64,000 bases of DNA from an uncultured Pirellulales bacterium (GTDB taxonomy: Bacteria > Planctomycetota > Planctomycetia > Pirellulales > S012-138). The notes below the pieces were generated by a model. It saw only the letters and a program-made list of their open reading frames with translations, was not told where the DNA came from and did not search any database. Positions 9,480 to 18,802 of this stretch are shown here, one piece after another. Within the stretch, counting starts at the first letter, position 1. Each line of letters starts with the position of its first letter. Both the position numbers and the translations under genes were made by a program. The stretch spans positions 41,960 to 105,959 of the forward strand of contig CAZEEG010000002.1 of assembly GCA_964511065.1 (NCBI GenBank). The letters run 5' to 3'.

Positions 9480-10886
9480 ATGCTTCCCGACCGCCGCGAA
9501 GTGCTTCGCCTGGGCACCTTCGCAGGGCTGAGTTGGGGACTATCGGCGCTGGGCCGCGGCAGCGCGGCCAACGCCTCGCCGGCGACGGGCGTGCCGGGTT
9601 TCGGCCGCGCCAAATCGGTGATTCTGGTATTTACCAACGGCGGCCAGAGTCATATCGACACCTGGGATCCCAAGCCCCACGCTCCCGAGCAGGTCCGCGG
9701 AGCCTTCGGAACCATCTCCACGGCGGTGCCGGGCACCACGGTCTGCGAGCACCTTCCGCAAATGGCGGCCTTGGCCGATCGTTATGCAATGGTTCGCAGT
9801 GTCTCGCACGACGATCTCGACCACGGCTCTGCGGTGTACCTGGCATTGAGCGGGCAGTTCCACCCGCGCAAGTCGTCCAACCCGCCGCCACGGCCTGAGG
9901 ATTTTCCCACCTACGGGTCGATCCTGCAGCGCGTTCGACCGGCCGAGCGGTTCCCTTACACGGCCATTCATGTGAACGGCCCGGCAATGGTGCCAAAATA
10001 CGCCGCGCCGGGGCAATCGGGGGGCTTTCTCGGCCGCGACTTTGATCCGTTGTTGATCGGCGACGTATCGGCCGGGGCGGTTTCGGCACTCCCGAGTCTT
10101 GACCCGCGGCCCGACGTCCCAGAAGTTCGCCTGCAACAACGACAACGGTTGCTGGAAAGCATCGATTCGGCCGTCCGGCAGTGGGAACATTACGAGGGCC
10201 CCGCAGCCGCCGCGCTCAAGTATCGCCAGGCATTTGAAGTGCTGGCCTCGCCCAAGTGCCGGCAGGCATTCGACCTCTCGCAAGAGCCCAACTCGCTGCG
10301 CGACCGCTACGGGCGTTACCGTTCTGGCCAGGCCTGCCTGCTGGCCCGGCGGTTAGTTGAAGCGGGCGTGCCGTGGATCACGGTGATGTTCAATCACACC
10401 AACCGCGGCCAGGACATAGCACCGGACGACGCCGAGCAATGGGGCTGGGACACCCACAACGATATTTTTGTCGCCCTGCAGAAGCACCTGTTACCGCGAT
10501 TCGACCAGAGCGTTTCCGCGCTGCTTACCGATCTTGAAGACCGTGGGCTGCTCGATGAAACCCTAGTGGTGATTATGGGCGAGTTCGGCCGGGCACCGCT
10601 GGTGGCGCTCGAACGCAACTTCGCCGGCAGCTCGCCGGGCCGAAAGCATTGGGCGGCAGCGTACTCCATCCTGCTGGCGGGTGCGGGCATCCAGCCTGGC
10701 CTGGTGTACGGCAAGACCGATCGCCTGGGAGGCCACGTGGTCGAAGGGCTGGTTCAGCCCGGCGACGTCGCGGCCACCATGTTCTCGGCCCTGGGCATCG
10801 ACGCGGCACAGCATTACCGCGATTCACTGGGCCGCCCGTTCCCCATCGCATCCGGCAAGCCCATCGTCGGCCTGTATCGTTCCTGA
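9480..10886 (+). CDS. DUF1501 domain-containing protein (Tat-like RR motif)
   Basis: DRREVLRLG; AKSVILVFTNGGQSHIDTWDPKP; GQACLLARRLVEAGV; WDTH; GEFGRAP; GRKHW. The start could be upstream (ATG 9354). Confidence 0.9.
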   Translation: MLPDRREVLRLGTFAGLSWGLSALGRGSAANASPATGVPGFGRAKSVILVFTNGGQSHIDTWDPKPHAPEQVRGAFGTISTAVPGTTVCEHLPQMAALADRYAMVRSVSHDDLDHGSAVYLALSGQFHPRKSSNPPPRPEDFPTYGSILQRVRPAERFPYTAIHVNGPAMVPKYAAPGQSGGFLGRDFDPLLIGDVSAGAVSALPSLDPRPDVPEVRLQQRQRLLESIDSAVRQWEHYEGPAAAALKYRQAFEVLASPKCRQAFDLSQEPNSLRDRYGRYRSGQACLLARRLVEAGVPWITVMFNHTNRGQDIAPDDAEQWGWDTHNDIFVALQKHLLPRFDQSVSALLTDLEDRGLLDETLVVIMGEFGRAPLVALERNFAGSSPGRKHWAAAYSILLAGAGIQPGLVYGKTDRLGGHVVEGLVQPGDVAATMFSALGIDAAQHYRDSLGRPFPIASGKPIVGLYRS

Positions 10887-11299
10887 CAGCCCGGCCACAT
10901 GATTTGCCCTGCTGTCAATCTTAGCGGCTGCGAGCCTGTGACACTCCTGCCAGAGGGCGCCCCACCGGCGGCAGAAACCAATGTCCCCGGGCCGTTAGTG
11001 TTGCCGTGGATTGCACGCTGGCGCTGGCTTGTTCTGCGGCGTCGCCATCGGCCCCCCTGAGGAATTAAATCGTGCCGTTGCCGTTGGCCAGGTAGCGCTC
11101 GGTAGGATTGAAGGAAGTTCCACGGATGGGACCCTACCGGTGAGCGAGTGGGAAGGGAACATCGAAACCCGCTCTCGGTTGGGCCGTGGGGGGCAGTTCA
11201 GGGGTAGCCGCAGGTTGCCTAGGGGGTAGGCTATCTACAGGTTAAATGATACGCTTGCAGCGTACATGGAATGGACATTGTTCGTTACGGATATCCGCC

Positions 11300-12742
11300 A
11301 TGTCAGGGATGCCAACGCTGCTCGTCATCGACGACGAACCCAACATTCTGCTGTGCTTCCGCAGAGCCTTTCGCGATGAACGTCTCCAGGTGTTCACCGC
11401 CGAGACAGCCCGGGAAGGCGTCGAAGTGGCACAAGCCCAACGGCCCGATGTGGCCATTGTCGATTTGTGCCTGCCCGATGGTTCAGGGCTCGACGTATTT
11501 CGCGCCTTGCGGCGGCAGGATCCCAACTGCCTGGTGATCATCATCACCGCCCACGGCAGCACCGAGACGGCAATCCAGGCAACCAAGGAGGGTGCTTTTG
11601 ATTATCTGCTCAAGCCGCTCGAGGTTCCGGTAGTGCGCGAAACCGTGGCCTCGGCCTTGGGCATCCGCAACATGATGAATTCGCCCGGCGAGGCCGTGTT
11701 GAACTCCGCCGGCCAGAATGGCAGCGATATCCTGATTGGCCGCTCGCCCGCCATGCAGGCGGTTTACAAGGCGATCGGCCGAGCGGCACCGCAGAATGTG
11801 AACGTGCTGATCCTGGGCGAAAGCGGTACCGGCAAGGAACTGGTGGCCCGCTCCATTCATCAGCACAGCCGCCGGGCCGGCGAAACCTTTCTGGCCGTCA
11901 ATTGCGCGGCAATCCCCGAAACCCTGCTGGAAAGCGAACTGTTTGGGCACGAGCAGGGTGCTTTCACCGGGGCCGATCGGCGGCGTGCCGGCAAGTTTGA
12001 ACAGTGCCACGGAGGGACACTGTTTCTCGATGAAATCGGCGAACTTTCCCTGGCCACGCAGGCCAAGCTGCTGCGCGTGCTGCAGGACCGCAGCTTTCAG
12101 CCGCTGGGCAGCACGGAAACCATCTGTGCCGATGTTCGCATCGTGGCTGCCACCAACCGCGACCTGGATGGCATGATTCGCGATGGCCGGTTCCGGCCCG
12201 ACCTGTATTTCCGCCTGGCCGACTTCAGCATCGACCTGCCGCCGCTGCGCGAGCGGCCTGAAGACTTGCCCGAGCTGGTGCAGTACCTCCTGCGGCGACT
12301 CAACGCCGAACTGGCGACGGACATCACCCACGTTCACGATGAAGCGATGCTCGCCCTGAGCCGGTATCCGTGGCCGGGCAATGTCCGCGAGCTTCAGAAC
12401 ACACTGCGCACGAGCATGCTCCACGCCACGGGGCCCGTCCTGCTACCCCAGTTTCTGCCCAGCCGAATCACCGAAGGCGCACAGCACAGCTTCGACGCAA
12501 GCGGCCAGGGCGGCGACGACTTCCGCCGCCTGTTGCTGAACCTGCTGGAACACGGCGAACAGGGGGTGTACCACGTGCTGGTCGATCGGCTCGACCGCCT
12601 GGTGCTCGATGTGTTGCATCAGCAAACCGGCGGCAATCAGGTGCAGATGAGCCGCATCCTGGGCATCACGCGCAACACCCTGCGGGCCAAGCTCCGCGCG
12701 GCCGGCATGCTGCCGCGGTTAGCCGAAAGCCGGCGAAGCTAG
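11300..12742 (+). CDS. Sigma54-dependent two-component response regulator (NtrC/AtoC family; REC-AAA+-Fis HTH)
   Basis: Receiver LLVIDDE..D..K; GESGTGKE Walker A; intact GAFTGA; LFLDEIGE; WPGNVRELQN; C-terminal HTH. Confidence 0.95.
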   Translation: MSGMPTLLVIDDEPNILLCFRRAFRDERLQVFTAETAREGVEVAQAQRPDVAIVDLCLPDGSGLDVFRALRRQDPNCLVIIITAHGSTETAIQATKEGAFDYLLKPLEVPVVRETVASALGIRNMMNSPGEAVLNSAGQNGSDILIGRSPAMQAVYKAIGRAAPQNVNVLILGESGTGKELVARSIHQHSRRAGETFLAVNCAAIPETLLESELFGHEQGAFTGADRRRAGKFEQCHGGTLFLDEIGELSLATQAKLLRVLQDRSFQPLGSTETICADVRIVAATNRDLDGMIRDGRFRPDLYFRLADFSIDLPPLRERPEDLPELVQYLLRRLNAELATDITHVHDEAMLALSRYPWPGNVRELQNTLRTSMLHATGPVLLPQFLPSRITEGAQHSFDASGQGGDDFRRLLLNLLEHGEQGVYHVLVDRLDRLVLDVLHQQTGGNQVQMSRILGITRNTLRAKLRAAGMLPRLAESRRS

Positions 12743-12816
12743 CGGGCCGCCAGTTATGGAATCCAGTTATTGGGCGCAGCCACTGCCGCCTGACACCTCC
12801 GCGTCTCGATCCCCGT

Positions 12817-13254
12817 TTAAGGGGCATCGGCCCAATAGTCGAAGACCACCACTTTTTCGCGGCGATCCTTCACCACGTCCACGTAATGTTGATGGGCAGG
12901 GTGAACGAGGTAAGCATCGCGGCCCTTCTCGTCGCGAAACGTCACCGTGAAGCAATGGGTCAATCCCTCGGATTTTCCTTCCGGGCTGACGTTGGTGCCG
13001 TGCTCAAACCCGATGATCGTGTCGATCTTCGAAGGCAGAGCGGCAAACGTATCGACGACCTCCTGAATCTGCTCCTTCGGCAGGCCGTCTTTGAACTTGT
13101 ACATCACCAGGTGCCGCAGCACCTTTTGCGGGGCGGCCGGTTTCTTGGCCGCGGCCTGGGATTGGGTGTCTCCCCCGCTGCTCGAGCCACTCATCGTCAC
13201 CGCCGTTGCCAACAGAACCAGCCCCAATATGCAAAGCAAACTTCCCACACGCAT
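12817..13254 (-). CDS. Dabb family (stress-responsive A/B barrel) protein with signal peptide
   Basis: LRHLVMYKFK...GTNVSPEGKSEGLTHCFTVTF...YLVHPAH...VVVFDY. Confidence 0.9.
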   Translation of the reverse strand: MRVGSLLCILGLVLLATAVTMSGSSSGGDTQSQAAAKKPAAPQKVLRHLVMYKFKDGLPKEQIQEVVDTFAALPSKIDTIIGFEHGTNVSPEGKSEGLTHCFTVTFRDEKGRDAYLVHPAHQHYVDVVKDRREKVVVFDYWADAP

Positions 13255-13584
13255 CGGTTGCAAACTCCTTCTGGGAGCAGATGGTTGAAATCGTGCCGCG
13301 CGTTCAATGCGCAGCAGTGGCCTCCCAGAGTACTCTGTATCCAGCCGACGGAACAACCGCGAAAGGGTGGCCAATTCGTCCCCCGCGCCAGCACTCCCGC
13401 GCTGGTGCGATTGCCAGCGCAGCGGCCGCTGCTACTACGGCCACGAAACATGCCAGCCAGGGTTTGTTCCGGCCCCCCTCGGCCAAAGCATCTCCTGCCG
13501 ATTCAGCCCGGCAGGTCGAGTCGAATCATACGCCACACTTCCCAGCCGAGGTAGATTGCAACGGCCACAGCAAAACCAGCGATA

Positions 13585-13689
13585 AGCACAACGATAATCC
13601 CTGTTAAGGTCGTGCGACCGCGGAGCATTTGCCCGAGCTTCCAACGAATCCACTCTGAGCACAACGACAATCCCTGCTAAGGTCTTGCG
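13585..13689. repeat. Pair of 32-bp imperfect direct repeats separated by 41 bp
   Basis: AGCACAACGATAATCCCTGTTAAGGTCGTGCG (13585-13616) and AGCACAACGACAATCCCTGCTAAGGTCTTGCG (13658-13689), 29/32 identical. Confidence 0.9.
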
Positions 13690-13730
13690 GCGGTGGCTCA
13701 TCGCACACAGCCTTTCGCTCAACCAAGTGT

Positions 13731-14954
13731 TCAGGCGGCACCTTCCGTGGCCGTTGCTAACCGTAAGGCGATACAGCACGCCCGCTCAAAGGCGTCGATG
13801 TCCAGCTTTTCGTTCACCGTGTGAACGTTCATCTGGCCGCAGCCGAGCGTCACCGTGGGGATTCCCCGGGCGGTCATCCAGTTGGCATCCAGCCCACCGT
13901 TGATGACCACGCGATACGGTTCGCCGCCAATGGCCCGAACCGCCGTTTCGGCCGCCGCCACACAGGGGGCGTCGTCTGGCAGCAGAAAACTTTCGTAATC
14001 GAGTTGCCGTTCAACGGTCACATCGCCGTGTTCGCCGTCGACGTTCGTCACTTCTTGGGCGGCCTTACGAAACGCTTCTTCGATGGTGTGGGCGATCTTG
14101 AGCCGGAAATCCGGGTCGTGGCTGCGAGCTTCCGCGCGGATGTACAACCGATCGGTAACGACATTGGTGGCCGCGCCGCCTTGTACGACCCCGATATTGC
14201 TAGTGCCGTAGTTGCCTCCCTTGGCCACGGCACCGTGCCAGCCGCCCCGATGCAGTTCGGCAATGGCCAGGCCTGCGATTGCGACGGCACTGATCCCTTT
14301 TTCGGGCGCGCCGCCGGCATGGCTGGCGAGGCCCCGGACAGTGATTTGCAGGCGGTAGGCCCCGGTGGCGCCGATGGTGATCTTGTCGGGGTCGCTGCCG
14401 TCCCAGTTGAAAGCCAGCGACGGCTTGCCCAAAAGGCCCAGCGGCACGTACCGGGCGCCGTGCAAACCAACTTCTTCCTGCACGGGCCAGAAGAAGGTAA
14501 GCGGCGGATGGGGCAGACCTCGGCGAAGAATCTCCAGGGCCGTGTTCAAGATGACGGTGGCGCCGGCGCGGTCGTCGGCCCCCAGGCCGGTGGCCGGATT
14601 GGCCGATTCTATAAAGCCTCCGCGCCGCACGGGTTCGCAGCCCACGCACAAGGGAACCGTATCCACATGCGCCATCAGCAGTCGCCGCTTGCCGCGAAGC
14701 GTGCCGGGCAGTTTGAGAATCAGCCCTCCCGTTTCACCGCCGATGGGACTTTTCTCGGGAGTGTTGTCCACGACCAAAGCGTCCGGCGGCGCACCGGCGT
14801 GTTCCAGCTTCTGGCGAATGAAGCGAATCACCTTGCCTTCCTGGCCGCTGCTGCCGGGAATGGCCATCATTCGCGTGACCAGTTTCAATGCGGACGACAG
14901 GTTGGGGCGCGGGGCGGTTGTCTCGGCAGTGGCTCGGGCAGAAGTCTTTTTCAT
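13731..14954 (-). CDS. M20/M25/M40 family metallopeptidase (peptidase T-like)
   Basis: AHVDTV, LGADD, QEEVGL, ASHAG, GGLDAN and VHTVNE metal-binding motifs. Confidence 0.92.
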   Translation of the reverse strand: MKKTSARATAETTAPRPNLSSALKLVTRMMAIPGSSGQEGKVIRFIRQKLEHAGAPPDALVVDNTPEKSPIGGETGGLILKLPGTLRGKRRLLMAHVDTVPLCVGCEPVRRGGFIESANPATGLGADDRAGATVILNTALEILRRGLPHPPLTFFWPVQEEVGLHGARYVPLGLLGKPSLAFNWDGSDPDKITIGATGAYRLQITVRGLASHAGGAPEKGISAVAIAGLAIAELHRGGWHGAVAKGGNYGTSNIGVVQGGAATNVVTDRLYIRAEARSHDPDFRLKIAHTIEEAFRKAAQEVTNVDGEHGDVTVERQLDYESFLLPDDAPCVAAAETAVRAIGGEPYRVVINGGLDANWMTARGIPTVTLGCGQMNVHTVNEKLDIDAFERACCIALRLATATEGAA

Positions 14955-15105
14955 AGGGAAGCGCTACACTCCTGAAAGCAAATCGAGGGACGGCGGATCC
15001 GCATGAATGTACCTTAGATGGCCAGGGCACCGCGACGGGCCGGCCCCAAGCGATGAACATTTCGATCGGCAAGGCCGCAGCAGCGACCAGCGGGCCATCA
15101 AGCCG

Positions 15106-16149
15106 TCAGTACTTACCGTCGCTCACATGGAACATGGTGGGCTTACCGAGCGTGGGGCGGCCTTCACGCACCCAATGGGCCACCAGGTCGTACAGTTCGT
15201 CGGGCCCCAACTCAGGAGGCCCAAACCAGGCCCGGCAGCGGCGAGCATCGGCAACCAAAGCACGCTCTCCCTCGTTGTCGGCAAACTTCGGCTGCACACC
15301 CAATCGCTTGCCCAATTCCAGGGCCACGTCGCGGACGCGGTGCCGCTCCACGCCGGTCACATTCAGCAGGGTTGCCGGGCTGGCCGCCTTGGCGAATGCG
15401 GCCAGGGCCACGGCATTGGCGTACCCTTGCCACACGAAGTTGAACTCAGGGACGGCCAGCGAAATCGTTTCCCCGGCCAGGATGGTTTTGGCCAGATCGA
15501 CCAAGACACCGTATCGGGCCTCCACGGCATAGTTGAGCCGCAACAGGCAAACGCGAGTTCCGTGCCGACTACTGACAAACCGCAGCACGCCCTCGCGGCC
15601 CAATACGCTGGCCGCATACTCGCCCACCGGTCCGGTGGGATCTGCCTCGCAGGGCGGAACCTGGCCTGCTCGGGTGAACGGGTATACGTTGCCGCTGCTG
15701 AAGCAGACGATCCGCGATTGCGCATACTGCTCAGCCATGAGGCCGGGCAGGTAGACGTTCATGGCCCAATACTGTCCCGGCAGATCATGCTTGCTGAATT
15801 TGTGGCCGAACAGGAACAGGACGTTTTCCACCTGCGGCAACCGGCGACGGAAGGATTCATCGAGCAGGTCGCCGGCAATGGTTTCGATGCCCTCGGCCTG
15901 AAGTTCGTCTGCAATGGCCCCATCGGAAAAGCGCGAGACCGCGATGATCTGCAGGTCGCTTCGGCCTACCGCGTTGGCAGCACGGCGGGCGAGCCGTGCG
16001 AGACTGGGCCCCATCTTGCCGCCCGCCCCCAATAGCAGCAAATCGCCTTGCATGTGGCGCATGGCATGTTGCGCCAGGCGGCCAGGCTGGGCCAAGAGAT
16101 CTTCCAATTCGGCTTCAGAAGTTGGCTGGGGACGATCGGAAACAGACAT
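15106..16149 (-). CDS. NAD-dependent epimerase/dehydratase family protein
   Basis: LGAGGKMG Rossmann motif; FSSGNVY; EYAAS; RLNYA. Confidence 0.88.
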   Translation of the reverse strand: MSVSDRPQPTSEAELEDLLAQPGRLAQHAMRHMQGDLLLLGAGGKMGPSLARLARRAANAVGRSDLQIIAVSRFSDGAIADELQAEGIETIAGDLLDESFRRRLPQVENVLFLFGHKFSKHDLPGQYWAMNVYLPGLMAEQYAQSRIVCFSSGNVYPFTRAGQVPPCEADPTGPVGEYAASVLGREGVLRFVSSRHGTRVCLLRLNYAVEARYGVLVDLAKTILAGETISLAVPEFNFVWQGYANAVALAAFAKAASPATLLNVTGVERHRVRDVALELGKRLGVQPKFADNEGERALVADARRCRAWFGPPELGPDELYDLVAHWVREGRPTLGKPTMFHVSDGKY

Positions 16150-16785
16150 CGAACGGTATTTCCACTTCAAGGAATCATTGGGGGCCAGAGCTGCCTCGGC
16201 CGCCCGCCATACCCCCCCTGCGAGGCCAACCCCGCATCCTTCGCAGTCACCCCAAACCAACAACTTTGGAGGTTGTGCCAGGGAAGCATGCAATTGCACG
16301 GACGGCTGCCGGGCCAGGCAACAAGTCACTGGCTTTCCGCCGGACCGATGTTGTAACACAAGTGGGAGGGATTCGCTTGTCCGCTATGGGGGAATCTGCC
16401 ACCCAGTTTGCCGGGCGCAAACAGGCCCACTCAGTGGAGAACCGTGCTCCCCATCGGGCCCAGTCGCCTGAGAAGCCCACGCTCCAGCAATCCCCCGAAG
16501 AGGACTAAACATGGCGGGATCAACAGGAGAAACGTAAGCGTGCCGGGAGTCAGCGCGATGGAAAGTTGTCCGAATGCGACAGGATGGCGGCATCCAAGCT
16601 ATAGAAGCGTTATGCTAGCACGGTCCATCCGCGCGCTCGGCACTGGGATGGCCCTGGCAACATGGGGGGAATGCGGTGCAACCGCCGCCAAGGTTACTGC
16701 CCGCGTGGGGGGCGCGGAGGGCACATAAACCCAGCCGCACGAGGGTGGGGGACGCAAGGCCGTGGCAGTGGCCGGTTTGCGGCCT

Positions 16786-16801
16786 CGGCAGCCATTTTGC
16801 A
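16786..16801 (+). promoter_or_regulatory. Candidate sigma54 -24/-12 promoter upstream of the permease/NRPS locus
   Basis: CGGCAGCCATTTTGCA: GG-N10-GC with TTGCA, about 270 bp before ATG 17069. Confidence 0.35.
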
Positions 16802-17068
16802 GCGAGGTCACTCGATGGCCAAGTGTCCGCCTGGAAGTGAAAACGGACCTTTTGGAAAAGAGGGGCGATTGCAACGCTAGCAAGTTCCACAAAATCCGTG
16901 TAAACCCTAGGGTTCCTGATGTGTGGCTGCTTTACAATTCCGTATTCGAAATGTGAAACTGGCGGAGCCGTCCCTGCCCCTCCTTAGCATGGGCTGGGAT
17001 GCTTCGGGCTGCCCGATTCCACCACAACTTGCCCCACCAACGCGTCGTTAGCTGCGTGGATCGTATAC

Positions 17069-18271
17069 ATGCGTTTTGTCACCATCGTTTACCGCAATTT
17101 GCGCCGCCGCACTAGTCGCTCTACCCTCACCATTCTCGGGTTAGCGGTAGCGGTCGGCTGCGTGGTTTCCTTGGTAGGAATCGCCTGGGGATTCAAGCGC
17201 TCGTATTACCAGCTTTACGAGGGGCACGGGGTCGACATCATCGTGATGCGGGCTGGAGGGGCCGACCCCCTCGCCAGTTCGATCGAGGAATCGGTCGTGG
17301 AGAAGATTCGTAATTTGCGGATTGGCTCGGCGTCGCCGATCCACGACGTCACGCCGCTGCTGATGGAAACCGTTGGTTTCCCCGAGCACAACATCTACAG
17401 CGCCGGCGTGCAGGGGTTCCCGGCCGATTCCCGCGTGTTGAGCGATGTACGCATTGTCTCGGGCCGCGCGCTGCAAGAGGGCGACAGCGCGGTTGCGATG
17501 CTGGGGAAGACGCTGGCCGCCAACATGAAAAAGTCGGTCGGCGATGAGCTCGCGATCTCCGGCAGCACCGTCCGTGTAATCGGTATTTTCGAGACATCCA
17601 ACGTTTACGAAAACGGCGCTATGTTCGTGCCGATTCAATACTTACAGGATTTGATGTTCCGCCAGAACCAGGTGACCTGGATCAACTTGTCGGTCAAGAA
17701 TCCGGACGAATTCTCGGCCGGCACGCTGACCGACGAGCAGCAGGGCTGGACCAAGGCTCAATGGGTGCAGGCAACCTGCGAGGCCATCGAGGCGATGGAG
17801 CTGGGCGAGGGCCAGATGCTTTCGGCCCAAGCCACTGACGATTTCATTCAGTCCGACGTTCGGATCAAGGCCGCCGGCGCCATGGCTTGGCTGACATCGT
17901 TCATCTCCATTCTGGTCGGCACCATCAGCATGATGAACACCATGGTGATGTCGGTCTTCGAACGCACCGGCGAAATCGGGATTCTCCGCGCCGTTGGCTG
18001 GAGGCGTTTCCGCGTGGTGCGGATGATCCTGCTTGAGGCCCTGCTGCTGTCGCTCACCGGAGCCGTGCTGGGAGCCTTGGGAGCGTTGGGACTCACCTGG
18101 ACGCTGGGCCAGTTGCCCGCCGTGAACGGCGCCATCGACACCCGCATCGATCCGCTGGTTGTCGTGGTAGGCTTCGTGATCGCGGTGGTAATTGGCCTGT
18201 TTGGAGCCGCCTACCCGGCCTTCCGCGCCAGTAAGTTGATGCCGACCGTCGCCCTGCGGCATGGAGATTAA
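17069..18271 (+). CDS. ABC transporter permease, MacB/FtsX family
   Basis: RNLRRRTSRSTLTILGLAVAV; large periplasmic domain; NTMVMSVFERTGEIGILRAVGW; YPAFRASKLMPTVALR. Confidence 0.92.
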   Translation: MRFVTIVYRNLRRRTSRSTLTILGLAVAVGCVVSLVGIAWGFKRSYYQLYEGHGVDIIVMRAGGADPLASSIEESVVEKIRNLRIGSASPIHDVTPLLMETVGFPEHNIYSAGVQGFPADSRVLSDVRIVSGRALQEGDSAVAMLGKTLAANMKKSVGDELAISGSTVRVIGIFETSNVYENGAMFVPIQYLQDLMFRQNQVTWINLSVKNPDEFSAGTLTDEQQGWTKAQWVQATCEAIEAMELGEGQMLSAQATDDFIQSDVRIKAAGAMAWLTSFISILVGTISMMNTMVMSVFERTGEIGILRAVGWRRFRVVRMILLEALLLSLTGAVLGALGALGLTWTLGQLPAVNGAIDTRIDPLVVVVGFVIAVVIGLFGAAYPAFRASKLMPTVALRHGD

Positions 18272-18802
18272 CAAACATCCAAAGGAGACAGATTAGCAGG
18301 CGCTAAGAGGATGAGCCGTGTTGGGAGCAGGCCAGAGGCGATGGCCGCCAGGGAACACCCATTCCATGGGCCTTTTCCAGGGTGAGCCATTGCGGTTCAT
18401 TTGGGGACCATCCCTACCGGAGGGATCCGCATGACCCGCCGCACACGATCCAGGCATGTTCGCCTGCCAGCGTGCGAAAGAAATGCTCCCTCACTTGATG
18501 GATTGCCGCCTTCACTCTTAGCACCACAGCCCAGTACAGCATCGACACCGTCGTAGCGTGCACTGCCTAAACAGGCGCCAACAACACAAGCCCGTTACAC
18601 TCAGACATCCCGCCAGGGCCAGTATCGCCGGCGCACGCCGCGCCGCTGCTGGGGAATCGTATCGGAGTCCAGATCAAGGCACGATCAGGAAGGTCGCGTT
18701 TGTTTGCCACGGAAATGCCTCCCGGGAACGCGCGGGAGTGCAGGTGGTCGAACCCAATAGAGGGCCGCGCGAACCATGCACAACGCTGAAGGATCGTCGT
18801 TC

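Noticed and set aside
13585..13689. Calling the repeat pair a bona fide CRISPR array
   Set aside because: Only two imperfect repeats, no evident leader and no cas genes; kept as a repeat and a finding.
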